From NCBI GenBank assembly GCA_009777255.1, contig WRMG01000001.1:5751-69750 (forward strand): DNA of 64,000 nt. Reading direction: 5' to 3'. The translations under genes and the position numbers were made by a program. This DNA comes from Oscillospiraceae bacterium. GTDB lineage: Bacteria; Bacillota; Clostridia; Oscillospirales; UBA929. A model generated the notes under the pieces. The model saw only the letters and a list, made by a program, of their open reading frames with translations. It searched no databases and was not told where the DNA came from. Of the stretch, positions 1-10,573 are shown piece after piece (within the stretch, counting starts at the first letter, position 1; each line of letters starts with the position of its first letter).

Positions 1-1
1 G

Positions 2-541
2 CGCATATTCGTCGAGCCGTCTGACGTGCGCGCGGTGCGCGGCGGCACCGGCGACGCGAAGATCGGCGGCAATTACGCGGCGACCATCCGCGCTCAGGAG
101 AACGCCAAGCTGGAGGGCTTTACGCAGGTCATGTGGCTTGACGCTATCGAGCGCAAATATGTCGAGGAGATCGGCACGTCCAACGCGTTTTTTGTTATAA
201 ACGACACCGTTATAACCCCTCCGCTGAACGGCACTATCCTGCCCGGCATCACGCGCAGCTCGGTCATTGAGCTGCTGCGTTCATGGGGCATCGGCATAAA
301 GGAGCGCCAGATAAGCATTGACGAGGTTATCGCCGCGGCCGACAGCGGCGCGCTGACGGAGTCGTTTGCCAGCGGCACGGCGGCGGTCATTTCGCCGGTG
401 GGCAGCCTGCACTACGACAGCCGCGACATCGTCATCGGCGGAGATAACATAGGCCCGACGACGCAAAAGCTCTACGACACGCTGACCGGCATACAGTGGG
501 GCCGCGTAGAGGACACATTCAACTGGACGAAGGTGCTTTAA
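2..541 (+). CDS. ilvE: Branched-chain amino acid aminotransferase, C-terminal part (5' end lies left of window)
   Basis: ORF is open from the window edge. Translation GGNYAATIRAQENAKLEGFTQVMWLD...GITRSSVIELL fits the class IV (BCAT) aminotransferase pattern. Confidence 0.85.
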   Translation, partial: RIFVEPSDVRAVRGGTGDAKIGGNYAATIRAQENAKLEGFTQVMWLDAIERKYVEEIGTSNAFFVINDTVITPPLNGTILPGITRSSVIELLRSWGIGIKERQISIDEVIAAADSGALTESFASGTAAVISPVGSLHYDSRDIVIGGDNIGPTTQKLYDTLTGIQWGRVEDTFNWTKVL

Positions 542-552
542 CAGACAACCGC

Positions 553-586
553 GCGGGGGACGATGTAATCGCCCCCCGCTTTCGTG
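553..586 (+). terminator. Intrinsic-terminator-like hairpin after ilvE
   Basis: GC-rich stem (gcggggg-a-cga / tcg-cccccc-gc) with loop tgtaa, followed by tttcgtg. It sits between convergent genes. Confidence 0.5.
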
Positions 587-603
587 TGTAAAGCGCTTTC
601 AAT

Positions 604-1644
604 TTACAGTTTGACCCAGTTTGTCAGGTTTCTGTTCGTGTCGGGATTTTTGCCGTCGGAGACCGCCTTGTGGAAGCCTATGGCTTGCAGGCAGAATAAG
701 AGCGGCACTCCGCGCACGGCGTAATTCTCGTAATCCGGCAGGACGACGTTCAGCGCCGAGCCGAAGATATTGTCCGGATGGCTTGAGATTGTCACTATCT
801 GTGCGCCCATATCCGCGATTTCGCGGAACAGCACGCACTGATAAGCGTCTTCGAGCGGGGTGACGGCGGCGAGAACCAGCGTCTGGTGGTCGAGCATGGT
901 CAGCTCGCAGTGCCTTACGTCCAGTATGTGGCAGTATTTTACGGGTATCTGGCACATGCGCTGGATCGCTATCGCGCCCGCCTCGGCGACGCCGGACAGC
1001 TCGCTGTCAGCGAGTACCAGCACCTTGTCGATAAGTCCGCTCTGGCCGATACCCTCCAGCTCGCTGGAATAGCGGTCTATGAATTTTTCCTGATTGTCGG
1101 TGGCGTCTTTCAGCTCGTCGAGCAGCTTGCCGGCGCCGGACAGCAACCCTATGTTATAGAGGTTGGCTATGTACATATTCGATACGGAGCGCGTGGCGCA
1201 TGAGCTTTCGTCAAGTATCCACGGCATCTCCAGGCACATGTCCGAGCAGTGTGAAAGGCGCGAATCGGGCGTGGCGCATGTGGAGAGCGTGAGCGCGCCC
1301 GCGGCGTGACGGGCTTTTTCGACCGATGAGATGACCTCGGAGGTCTGTCCCGACCGCGACGACACGAACAGCAGCGTGCCGTTGAGCATGTCCTGATAGT
1401 ATCGCATGTTCAGCGACAGGTCGCCCGCCGGAAAGGACATGCTGTGCAGGCCGCCCCGCGTTTTCAGGCTCAGCTCGGCGGAGCGCGAGATCGCGTAATT
1501 CGCGCCGCAGCCCGTGAAGGTGACGCTGTAGAACCCCGCGAGCGCAAAGAAATCCTTTATTTTTTCAGACATACCCTGTAAATACGCGATGGTCTGACGC
1601 AGGGAGATATGCTGTTTGAAGATCTCGCCCTCTGTTTTATACAC
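604..1644 (-). CDS. SIS (sugar isomerase) domain protein, AgaS/GlmS-isomerase-like
   Basis: 346-aa ORF. It contains two SIS-like halves (FTGCGANYAISR...LLFVSSRSGQTSEV). Confidence 0.75.
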   Translation of the reverse strand: MYKTEGEIFKQHISLRQTIAYLQGMSEKIKDFFALAGFYSVTFTGCGANYAISRSAELSLKTRGGLHSMSFPAGDLSLNMRYYQDMLNGTLLFVSSRSGQTSEVISSVEKARHAAGALTLSTCATPDSRLSHCSDMCLEMPWILDESSCATRSVSNMYIANLYNIGLLSGAGKLLDELKDATDNQEKFIDRYSSELEGIGQSGLIDKVLVLADSELSGVAEAGAIAIQRMCQIPVKYCHILDVRHCELTMLDHQTLVLAAVTPLEDAYQCVLFREIADMGAQIVTISSHPDNIFGSALNVVLPDYENYAVRGVPLLFCLQAIGFHKAVSDGKNPDTNRNLTNWVKL

Positions 1645-1689
1645 CGCCTAACCCCCTCGCTGAAGGTATATCCGCCTAATCTAAAAATT

Positions 1690-2982
<1,293 letters not shown>

Positions 2983-3032
2983 GGTACGTTTCCTTTCTGA
3001 TACGGTTGGAACCCCCCGCGGCGGAGGGCGCT

Positions 3033-3620
3033 TTATTTATTGACCAAAATTTTATCGGCCAGCCCGTATTCCACCGCCTGTTCGGCGGTGAGATAGTTGT
3101 CACGGTCGGTGTCGCGCTCGACTATATCCAACGGCTGTCCGGTCATCTCGGCGAGCATACGGTTCAGCTTGTTTTTGATATACGTCAGATGGTCGGAATG
3201 TATTTTTATATCCGACGCCTGGCCTCGCATCCCGCCCATAATAAGGGGCTGGTGGATCAGCACCTCGGCGTTGGGCAGAATGAACCGCTTGCCTTTGGCG
3301 CCGGCCGCCAGTAAAACCGCCGCCATGCTCGCCGCCATGCCTATACATATAGTGGACACGTCCGCTTTGATATATTTCATCGTGTCATATATCGCCATGC
3401 CGTCGTTTATCGAGCCGCCGGGGCTGTTGATATAAAAGTGTATATCCTTGTCGGGGTCCGCCGCCTCGAGATAAAGCAGCTGCGCCACGACCAGATTGGC
3501 CGTTATGTTGTTGACCTCTTCGTGCAGTATGACGATGCGGTCGTTCAGCAGGCGCGAGTATATGTCATAGGAGCGCTCGCCCCGGTTGGTTTGTTCTATT
3601 ACTATCGGCACTAAGCTCAT
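3033..3620 (-). CDS. clpP: ATP-dependent Clp protease proteolytic subunit ClpP
   Basis: Translation [22 protein letters not shown]...[11 protein letters not shown]...IHQP is a classic ClpP sequence. It overlaps tig by 4 nt. Confidence 0.97.
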   Translation of the reverse strand: MSLVPIVIEQTNRGERSYDIYSRLLNDRIVILHEEVNNITANLVVAQLLYLEAADPDKDIHFYINSPGGSINDGMAIYDTMKYIKADVSTICIGMAASMAAVLLAAGAKGKRFILPNAEVLIHQPLIMGGMRGQASDIKIHSDHLTYIKNKLNRMLAEMTGQPLDIVERDTDRDNYLTAEQAVEYGLADKILVNK

Positions 3621-4981
3621 TGTTCCTCACCTTTCGTCTCCGTTTCGGGCTGCGAAACGGGCTCTTTCTTTTTGGTTTTCCTCGGCGCTCTGGGCTTCGG
3701 CGCGGGCGGCGCCAGCTCGGACGCGTTCTCAATCAGGAACTCCGAGCCCTTGAGGCCCAATAAATCGCGCTTGAGCGACCGCTCGGATATGGCTTTGCGT
3801 ATGTCCTTCTCAGGCATGCGGTATCTCTCCGCCAGCTTTGCATACTCGTCGGCCAGCTCCTGCTCCGTGACCGTGAACCCTTCCAGCTCCGCTATCTTTC
3901 TGAACGCCAGATCGCATTTGACATGGCGCTCCGCCGCGCCGCGCTGCTGGCCGCGCAGCTCGTCCATGCTCTGGCCGGTCAGCTGAAGATACTGCTCAAG
4001 CTCAAGCCCCTGCATGGATACGCGGTATTCAAGATCCCGCATAAGCGAATCCAGCTGCTCCTCTACCATAATATCAGGTATAACCGCCTCAAAGCCCTCC
4101 AGCATTTTCTCAAGAACATCGGACTCGAATTTATCCTTTACCTCTGTTTCGCGGCGCTCCAGCACGCGCTTCTTTATATCCTCTTTGAACTCGTCAAGGG
4201 TGTCAAACTCCGACACATCCTTAGCAAACTCGTCGTCCAGCTCCGGCTTTAACGTCCGCTTCGCCTCCCTCACGGTCACTTTGAATACCGCCGGCTTGCC
4301 CGCAAGCTGTTCCGCGTGATATTCCTCGGGGAACGTGACGTTTACGTCGCAGCTATCGCCTGCTTTTTTGCCGATAAGCTGCTCCTCGAACCCGGGTATG
4401 AACTGCCCCGAGCCGATTGTAAGGCTGTGGTTTTCGGCTTTGCCGCCGTCGAACGGGGTGTCGTCAACAAACCCCTCAAAGTCGATAACGGCCGTGTCGC
4501 CGTCTTCCAGCGGCTCCTCGGAGGTCTCCACGCGCGCGTTGCGCGTCCGCAGACGCTCCAGCTCGGCGTTTATGTCCTCGTCGGTACATACGGCCTTGTT
4601 CTTTACCACAGATACGCCCTTATATTCGCCCAGCTTGACCTCGGGTGCCACACGCACGCTCGCGGTAAAGGTGTAGCCGTCCCCGCTGATGGCGGTGATA
4701 TTTATATCGGGGCGCTCGATCGGGTCAAGATTATACTCCGCGACCGCGTCCTCATACGCCGCGGGGAACGATATATCCACCGCGTCCTCGTAAAAGAAGC
4801 TGCCGCCGTACATCTTCTCAATTATTTTGCGCGGCGCTTTTCCGTGCCTGAAGCCCGGCACGTTAATTTTGTGCGCGCTGCGGCGAAACGCCGTTTCGAC
4901 CGCTTTCTCAAACTCCTCGCGCCCGACCGTCACTTCCATTTCTACCATGTCGTTCTCTTTGCGTTCGACCTTGACACTCAT
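3617..4981 (-). CDS. tig: Trigger factor (PPIase chaperone)
   Basis: [16 protein letters not shown] ribosome-binding motif and an FKBP-like middle domain. It lies in tig-clpP-clpX gene order. Confidence 0.95.
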   Translation of the reverse strand: MSVKVERKENDMVEMEVTVGREEFEKAVETAFRRSAHKINVPGFRHGKAPRKIIEKMYGGSFFYEDAVDISFPAAYEDAVAEYNLDPIERPDINITAISGDGYTFTASVRVAPEVKLGEYKGVSVVKNKAVCTDEDINAELERLRTRNARVETSEEPLEDGDTAVIDFEGFVDDTPFDGGKAENHSLTIGSGQFIPGFEEQLIGKKAGDSCDVNVTFPEEYHAEQLAGKPAVFKVTVREAKRTLKPELDDEFAKDVSEFDTLDEFKEDIKKRVLERRETEVKDKFESDVLEKMLEGFEAVIPDIMVEEQLDSLMRDLEYRVSMQGLELEQYLQLTGQSMDELRGQQRGAAERHVKCDLAFRKIAELEGFTVTEQELADEYAKLAERYRMPEKDIRKAISERSLKRDLLGLKGSEFLIENASELAPPAPKPRAPRKTKKKEPVSQPETETKGEEQ

Positions 4982-5071
4982 CCGTTAAGTCCTCCTTGAT
5001 TATAACCATTTAATGTATCCGCAATCACTTTTATTATTATATCACTATTGTCAAGAGGCGGCTAGATGTAC

Positions 5072-5767
5072 CTATATTATTTTTACAGGCTTAAACCCGA
5101 CATGGTCGGCGGAAACCAATCCGTATTCGATGCCTCTATAATTTCCCTCGATCGCGCGGTCGCGCGCGCGGCCGTGCAAATGCCCGTAATAGCAGCGTTT
5201 GACGCCGAACTCGTTCAGCATATCAACGATTTTATCGCAGCGATAGCCCTCGTAAAGCGGCGGATAATGCAGAAAGCATATTATTTCGCCGGCGTTTTGA
5301 GCCGCCCCGTGGGTGAGCGAGGCGCGCAGCCGTCCAAGCTCGCGGTTGAACACCTTTTCGTCGTGGCCCGTGGCCCTGTCCTCCTCATAGAACCAGCCGC
5401 GCGTCCCGCACAGCGCGAGCCCGCCATAGGTATACGACAGGTTGTGCAGTATCTTTATCGTGGAAATGCCGGACTCGGCGAACAGCCGCTCCATCTTGCC
5501 GACCGTGGACCACCAATAGTCGTGATTGCCCTTGACGATCAGCTTCCTGCCGGGCAGCTTGTCAATAAAAAGCAAATCCTCTTTTGACTGCCCGAAATCC
5601 AGCCCCCAGGAGAGATCCCCCGTTAAAACGACCGTGTCGCCGGATTCAATATGTGAGAAGCCGTCTTTAATTTTTTCTACATAATTTTCCCATGGGCCGC
5701 CGTATATATCCATAGGCTTATCGACAGACAGCGACAGGTGCAGATCCCCGATTGCGTAAAGTGACAT
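5072..5767 (-). CDS. Metallophosphoesterase family protein
   Basis: Motifs GDLHL, GDLSW and GNHDYWW match the calcineurin-like phosphoesterase fold. Confidence 0.8.
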   Translation of the reverse strand: MSLYAIGDLHLSLSVDKPMDIYGGPWENYVEKIKDGFSHIESGDTVVLTGDLSWGLDFGQSKEDLLFIDKLPGRKLIVKGNHDYWWSTVGKMERLFAESGISTIKILHNLSYTYGGLALCGTRGWFYEEDRATGHDEKVFNRELGRLRASLTHGAAQNAGEIICFLHYPPLYEGYRCDKIVDMLNEFGVKRCYYGHLHGRARDRAIEGNYRGIEYGLVSADHVGFKPVKII

Positions 5768-5844
5768 CCGGCTTGCTCCTCCGAATATAACAGTGTTTTT
5801 TGGACAAACTAACTGAGAAAACTTAAATTAAGGAGAGTACAGCA

Positions 5845-6030
5845 ATGTTTGGATATAACGAAAAAACCCAAAACGGCGTCCTGTCCGGCGTGACCTGCGA
5901 CGTTAAATCCTGCGTCTACCACGACAGCGCCAACAACTGTCACGCGCGGCAGATCAACGTAGCCAACCCTGCCGCCCACTCCGTTGACGAGACAAAATGC
6001 TCGACATATAAATTGCAGGCGGGCATGTAG
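5845..6030 (+). CDS. DUF1540-like small Cys/His-rich protein
   Basis: 61 aa with CDVKSCVYH...NCHA...ETKCSTY spacing. The RBS aaggagag is upstream. Confidence 0.65.
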   Translation: MFGYNEKTQNGVLSGVTCDVKSCVYHDSANNCHARQINVANPAAHSVDETKCSTYKLQAGM

Positions 6031-6033
6031 CCG

Positions 6034-7479
6034 TTAATCAACCAGCCGGTCAAGCATCCATTCCTTCATCCCCGATTTTTCCGTTACGCTTGTAAAGCGA
6101 ACCGCCTTTGCGCCGAGGTTTCTCAGCGGCCCGGGGGCGGTTTGCTTCGCGGCGGTTTCCAGCGCCTCAAGCGTGTCGCCCTCGGCGCCCAGCGCCGCGC
6201 AGACGGATTCGGTGAACTTAAACGGGCTTGCCGTGGCGACAATGAGCATGGGGTTCTCCGTTAAATTCTCCCTCGCCACCGCCGCGGCGACCGCCGTATG
6301 CGGGTCGAGCAGATAGCCGTCTTGCTCCCAAACTGATTTTATTGTTTCGGATACGCGCTTCTCATCGCACCAGCCGCCGGTCAGTTCGCCGTCAAACGCC
6401 CGTTTCAGCGCGGCGGGCGCGGTATATATCCCGTCGGCCGACAGCTTGCTCATCAGGGCCCTTACCAGCTCCGCGTCGCCGCCGGAGAGATGGAAGAGCG
6501 CGCGCTCGAAGTTGCTGGACACCAGAATATCCATCGACGGCGAGCTGGTAAGCCGCAGCTTGCGGCGGCGGTCGTAAACGCCGGTCGCCAGAAAATCCGC
6601 CAGCACGTTGTTGGAGTTCGACGCGCAGATAAGCCGACCGACCGGCAGGCCGATCATCTTGGCGTAATTCGCCGCCAGTATATTCCCGAAGTTGCCTGTC
6701 GGCACGGTTATATCCAGCTTGCGCCCCGCGGAAAGCGTTCCGTTCCCGACCATATCGCAGTACGCCGATACATAGTACGCGACCTGCGGCAGCAGCCGCC
6801 CGAGGTTTATGGAGTTCGCGGAGGATAAAACGATGTTATTTTCGGCTAACGCTTTGTTAACACCTGCATCGGTAAAAATCTCCTTAACGCCTGTCTGCGC
6901 GTCGTCAAAGCTGCCGTTCACCGCGCAGACGCACACGTTTTCGCCCGCCTGCGTCGTCATTTGCAGCTTTTGGGTGTTGGAAACGCCGTCCTTCGGATAG
7001 AACACCAGCACCGAAAAACCGGCGCGGTCCTTAAACCCCTCCAGCGCCGCCTTGCCCGTGTCGCCCGACGTCGCCACAAGAATATGGAACCTGCGGCCGT
7101 CGGACAGTTTTTTCGCGCTAAGCGACATTAATTCCGGCAGTATTTGCAGCGCTATATCCTTAAACGCGCAGGTCGGCCCGTGCCAAAGCTCCAGCACGGA
7201 AATTTTATCATCCACGGCCCTGACCGGCACGGGAAAATCCAAATACGCCGTTTCGCACGCCGCCGACAGCTCTTCGAGCGTGAAATCGTTAAGGAACAGC
7301 CCCAGTATCTCCGCGGAACGCTGCGTATAAGTCATTTTTGACATTGCGGCGAGCCGTTCGGGCGTGAGCGCCGGAAAGCCCTCGGGGCAGTACAGCCCGC
7401 CGTCGGGCGCCAGTCCCCGCAAAATCGCGGCGGGCGCTTCCGCCGGAGGCGCTTCGCCCCGTGTGCTGATATAGCGCAT
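6034..7479 (-). CDS. thrC: Threonine synthase
   Basis: Translation MRYISTRG...HGPTCAFKD (PLP lysine motif)...TSGDTG matches long-form ThrC. Confidence 0.93.
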   Translation of the reverse strand: MRYISTRGEAPPAEAPAAILRGLAPDGGLYCPEGFPALTPERLAAMSKMTYTQRSAEILGLFLNDFTLEELSAACETAYLDFPVPVRAVDDKISVLELWHGPTCAFKDIALQILPELMSLSAKKLSDGRRFHILVATSGDTGKAALEGFKDRAGFSVLVFYPKDGVSNTQKLQMTTQAGENVCVCAVNGSFDDAQTGVKEIFTDAGVNKALAENNIVLSSANSINLGRLLPQVAYYVSAYCDMVGNGTLSAGRKLDITVPTGNFGNILAANYAKMIGLPVGRLICASNSNNVLADFLATGVYDRRRKLRLTSSPSMDILVSSNFERALFHLSGGDAELVRALMSKLSADGIYTAPAALKRAFDGELTGGWCDEKRVSETIKSVWEQDGYLLDPHTAVAAAVARENLTENPMLIVATASPFKFTESVCAALGAEGDTLEALETAAKQTAPGPLRNLGAKAVRFTSVTEKSGMKEWMLDRLVD

Positions 7480-7515
7480 AGTAAAGACCTCCTTTGATCT
7501 GACAGATGTATTTGC

Positions 7516-7860
7516 TCACATAAACGCATCCTCTATGTGGTTAATATCCCCGTTTGAGTATACTTCTATAACGTCAAAGCGCACGGGCGACTCATCGTTA
7601 TTTTCGGCCAGCCACCAGAGCGCGGTCTTGCGTATGCGCGCCCGTTTTTTGCGGGTCACGCTGTCCGAAGCGCCGGCAAACCCGGCGTCACGCCGCGTTT
7701 TCACCTCGACGACCGCGAGGATTTCGCCGTCGCGGGCTATTATGTCCAGCTCGCCGTACCTTGTCCTGAAATTTCGCGTTACTATAGAATAGCCTTTGCT
7801 CTCGAGATACTTGGCGGCGCGCTCCTCTCCGGCGTTTCCGGTCATCTTTTTTTCAGTCAT
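7516..7860 (-). CDS. yraN: YraN family (UPF0102) endonuclease-like protein
   Basis: GEERAAKYLESKGYSIVTRNFR...GELDIIA...VEVKTR signature. I chose the ATG at 7860 (ATGA overlap with the rnhB stop) over the ORF-track start at 7896. Confidence 0.85.
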   Translation of the reverse strand: MTEKKMTGNAGEERAAKYLESKGYSIVTRNFRTRYGELDIIARDGEILAVVEVKTRRDAGFAGASDSVTRKKRARIRKTALWWLAENNDESPVRFDVIEVYSNGDINHIEDAFM

Positions 7861-8438
7861 AGCTTCCTCAAAAACTTCATCCGATGCTCGGGGCACGGGC
7901 CGTATTGCCTGATACGCTCGATATGCAGCTTTGTCCCGTAACCCTTATGGCGCTCAAAGCCGTATTCGGGGTACTTGTCCGCAAGCTCCAGCATGTACCT
8001 GTCACGCGCGACCTTCGCAAGGATCGACGCCGCCGCGACACACGCGCACTTCCCGTCTCCGCCCACCACGCATTTTGTTTCCGTTTCAAAGCCGCGGGCG
8101 ATGTTACCGTCGATAAGCGCAAGCTCCGGCGGGGCTTTAAGTCCCGCGACCGCGCGGCGCATGGCCAGCTGGCTCGCGCTGAGTATATCAGACTGCGCTA
8201 TCTCCTCTACAGACGCCGACGCGACGGAATAGTCCATTGCCTGTTCCTCTATTAACCGGCGGAGCTCCTCACGCCGCTTGGGCGACAGGTTTTTAGAGTC
8301 GTCCAGACACAGAACCGGTTCCCTCAACACCACGGCGGCGGCATATACCGCGCCCGCGAGTGGTCCCCTGCCCGCTTCGTCAACGCCGCACACGGACAGG
8401 CAGTCACGCCCGCAAAAGAAATCGCACGCCGTGATCAT
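7857..8438 (-). CDS. rnhB: Ribonuclease HII
   Basis: GVDEAGRGPLAGAV and SKNLS motifs. It lies in conserved rbgA-rnhB order. Confidence 0.92.
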   Translation of the reverse strand: MITACDFFCGRDCLSVCGVDEAGRGPLAGAVYAAAVVLREPVLCLDDSKNLSPKRREELRRLIEEQAMDYSVASASVEEIAQSDILSASQLAMRRAVAGLKAPPELALIDGNIARGFETETKCVVGGDGKCACVAAASILAKVARDRYMLELADKYPEYGFERHKGYGTKLHIERIRQYGPCPEHRMKFLRKL

Positions 8439-9277
8439 TCCGGCTTCTCCAAGGTAATACGCCCCATCCTGCCGGCTCGGAACTCGTCAAGCAGCAAAGC
8501 GGCGAAGCGTTCGGTGTCAGGCTCGCCGCCGCGCGACACGCATCCGCGCGACTTTGCCGCAAGGCGCAGCAACTCGTATCCGCGTTCCTCCGGCGGCGTC
8601 TCCCATTTGCAGCGGGCCGCAAGCGGCGCCGGCGCCAGCTCCGTCAATCTGTCTATCAATTTTACAGCCAGCTCCTCAGTATCCAGTACCTGATCCTTTA
8701 CGGCGCCGGTAAACGCGAGGTTCAGCGCCGCCTCGGGGTCGTCTATCCTCGGCTGAAGCACGCCGGGCATGTCGAGCAGCAGCACGGCGCCGCCCGCGTC
8801 TATCCACTGTTTCCCGCGCGTCACCCCCGGGCGGTCCTCGACTTTAGCCGGTTTGCGTCCGGCGAGCCTGTTTATCAGCGACGACTTGCCCACGTTCGGT
8901 ATGCCCACGATCATCAGGCGGACGGCGCGGCCCGCCTGTCCCCTTTCCGCGCGCGCCGCGAGCTTTTCAGCCAGCACTTCTCTGACGGCGGGCAGCAGGC
9001 GTTCCGTACCCGCGCCGGTTCTGGCGTCCATGGCGGCGGCTGCGGCGCCCCGCTCCGCGAAATGCCTGATCCACTGTTTTGTGACGGCGGGGTCGGCAAG
9101 GTCGGCGCGGGTCATTATATACAGGAGGGGTTTGTTAAGCGATGTAAGCCCCGGGTTCAGGCTCGCGCGCGGTATACGCGCGTCAAGCAGGACGCACACC
9201 GCGTCCACAAGTTTAAGGTTGGATTCGATGGCGCGCATGGTTTTCGCCATGTGGCCGGGGTACCAGTTTATATTCAT
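8435..9277 (-). CDS. rbgA: Ribosome biogenesis GTPase A (YlqF/RbgA)
   Basis: MNINWYPGHMAK start and circularly permuted GTPase motifs (LNKxDL-like, GIPNVGKSSLIN). Confidence 0.9.
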   Translation of the reverse strand: MNINWYPGHMAKTMRAIESNLKLVDAVCVLLDARIPRASLNPGLTSLNKPLLYIMTRADLADPAVTKQWIRHFAERGAAAAAMDARTGAGTERLLPAVREVLAEKLAARAERGQAGRAVRLMIVGIPNVGKSSLINRLAGRKPAKVEDRPGVTRGKQWIDAGGAVLLLDMPGVLQPRIDDPEAALNLAFTGAVKDQVLDTEELAVKLIDRLTELAPAPLAARCKWETPPEERGYELLRLAAKSRGCVSRGGEPDTERFAALLLDEFRAGRMGRITLEKPE

Positions 9278-9840
9278 TTTATGAATCCGATTTTATTGAA
9301 CGGGTATATCCGCGTATAAACGCGCCCGAGTATATAACGCGTATCCACAAGCCCCACTCTGGTGGAGCGGCTGTCAAGGCTGCTGTTGCGGTTATCCCCC
9401 ATGACGAACACATAGCCTCTGGGCACCGTCAGCGGAAAATCAACATCGTCCCTTTTCGCGGTGGGCTCTTTGATATACGGTTCGTCTATGACCCTGCCGT
9501 TTATAAACACATCGCCCGTTGCGAAATCAATGTCAATCGTATCCCCGCCCACGGCTATAATCCGCTTTACCAACGGCGCCTCGCCCGCCGCGCCGGCCAC
9601 ATGCAGTCCCTTTTTGGTGAACATGATAACGTCGCCGCGTTTGGGCGTATAGAACAGATTCGAGATAAGCGTCTTGTCGCCCTCACGGAGCGTTGGCTCC
9701 ATAGAGTGCTGCTCGACGCCTATCATGCGAACCACAAACGCGAAAATCATAATGAAAATCGTTATAGCGGACACCAATGCCTGCGCCCACTCGAACAGCT
9801 CGCGGCGTATATCAGTCTTGGCCTTCTGCATATGTTCCAC
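9274..9840 (-). CDS. lepB: Signal peptidase I
   Basis: An N-terminal TM segment, SMEPTL (catalytic Ser box), KRIIAVGGD and GDNRNSSLDSR boxes. Confidence 0.9.
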   Translation of the reverse strand: MEHMQKAKTDIRRELFEWAQALVSAITIFIMIFAFVVRMIGVEQHSMEPTLREGDKTLISNLFYTPKRGDVIMFTKKGLHVAGAAGEAPLVKRIIAVGGDTIDIDFATGDVFINGRVIDEPYIKEPTAKRDDVDFPLTVPRGYVFVMGDNRNSSLDSRSTRVGLVDTRYILGRVYTRIYPFNKIGFIK

Positions 9841-9862
9841 CTCTTAGTAAAACAACGGACAC

Positions 9863-10021
9863 GGCTCGCCGTGTCCGCTTTACAAACTTAACATCCTCCC
9901 CCTGCGGAGGGGGTGCCGCCCTCAGGCGGCGGGGGTTGCGGCCCGGCTCGCCGTGTCCGCTTTACAAACTTAACATCCTCCCCCTGCGGAGGGGGCGCCG
10001 CCCTCAGGCGGCGGGGGTTGG
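9863..10021. repeat. Tandem direct duplication, 2 x 82 bp, GC-rich hairpin-containing intergenic element
   Basis: Copy 1 is 9863-9944 and copy 2 is 9945 to about 10021, with one substitution (t9914 vs c9996). Each copy carries the hairpins cccccTGCGGAggggg and gccgccCTCAggcggc. Confidence 0.9.
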
Positions 10022-10064
10022 GCAGGTGCCCGGCAATGCGGGGACTTCGCCCCCTTGTATCTGC

Positions 10065-10406
10065 CTAGATATCCTCTCTGACTTTGGCGGCCTTGCCTTT
10101 GCGTCCGCGCAGATAATACAGCTTGGCGCGGCGGATACGGCCGCGGCGCACCGTTTCGATCTTCGCTATAAGCGGGGAATGGAGCGGAAATACCTTCTCT
10201 ACGCCCACGCCGTAAGACAGCCTGCGCACGGTGATCGTTTCGCTGATCCCGCCGTGCTGGCGCGCTATGACGGTACCCTCGAATACCTGCACCCTCTCGC
10301 GGGCGCCCTCTTTAATTTTAATATGCACACGCACCGTACTGCCGATTCTTATCTCGTTAAGATCGGTCTTGAGATGCGGTTGAGCGACAGCCTGTAACAA
10401 ATCCAT
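10065..10406 (-). CDS. rplS: 50S ribosomal protein L19
   Basis: MDLLQAV...[24 protein letters not shown] is typical L19. I chose the internal ATG at 10406; the ORF-track start at 10454 adds 16 non-conserved residues. Confidence 0.95.
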   Translation of the reverse strand: MDLLQAVAQPHLKTDLNEIRIGSTVRVHIKIKEGARERVQVFEGTVIARQHGGISETITVRRLSYGVGVEKVFPLHSPLIAKIETVRRGRIRRAKLYYLRGRKGKAAKVREDI

Positions 10407-10510
10407 AATTTTGAACTCCCCCTGTATATTTATAGCACTAGGATATGCTACCATACTTAGGAGAAAAAAGCAAGCATAATGCTATACGATTTGTGTAGGA
10501 CTAAGCTCTA

Positions 10511-10540
10511 TTGACAATTTCCGGCTTTTTATGATATAAT
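10511..10540 (+). promoter_or_regulatory. Consensus-like sigma-A promoter facing into the 3' end of the permease gene (antisense)
   Basis: TTGACA (10511-10516), an 18-nt spacer, then TGaTATAAT (10532-10540). No plus-strand gene lies downstream. Confidence 0.35.
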
Positions 10541-10573
10541 TTATCTCGCAGCCGGGAGTGTGAGGCGCAGAGC

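Noticed and set aside
4982-5071. Promoter for tig (TTGACA and TGGTTATAAT-like sequences on the minus strand).
   Set aside because: The spacing between the TTGACA and any TATAAT-like hexamer is wrong (8 or 14 nt). The TATAAT-like box lies almost on top of the RBS. This is not convincing enough to list.
9863-10021. Possibility that the 82-bp repeats (or the heptamer array at 50925-50974) are a CRISPR array.
   Set aside because: The repeats are directly adjacent with no unique spacers. There are only two copies (or 7-bp units), and no cas genes are in the window.
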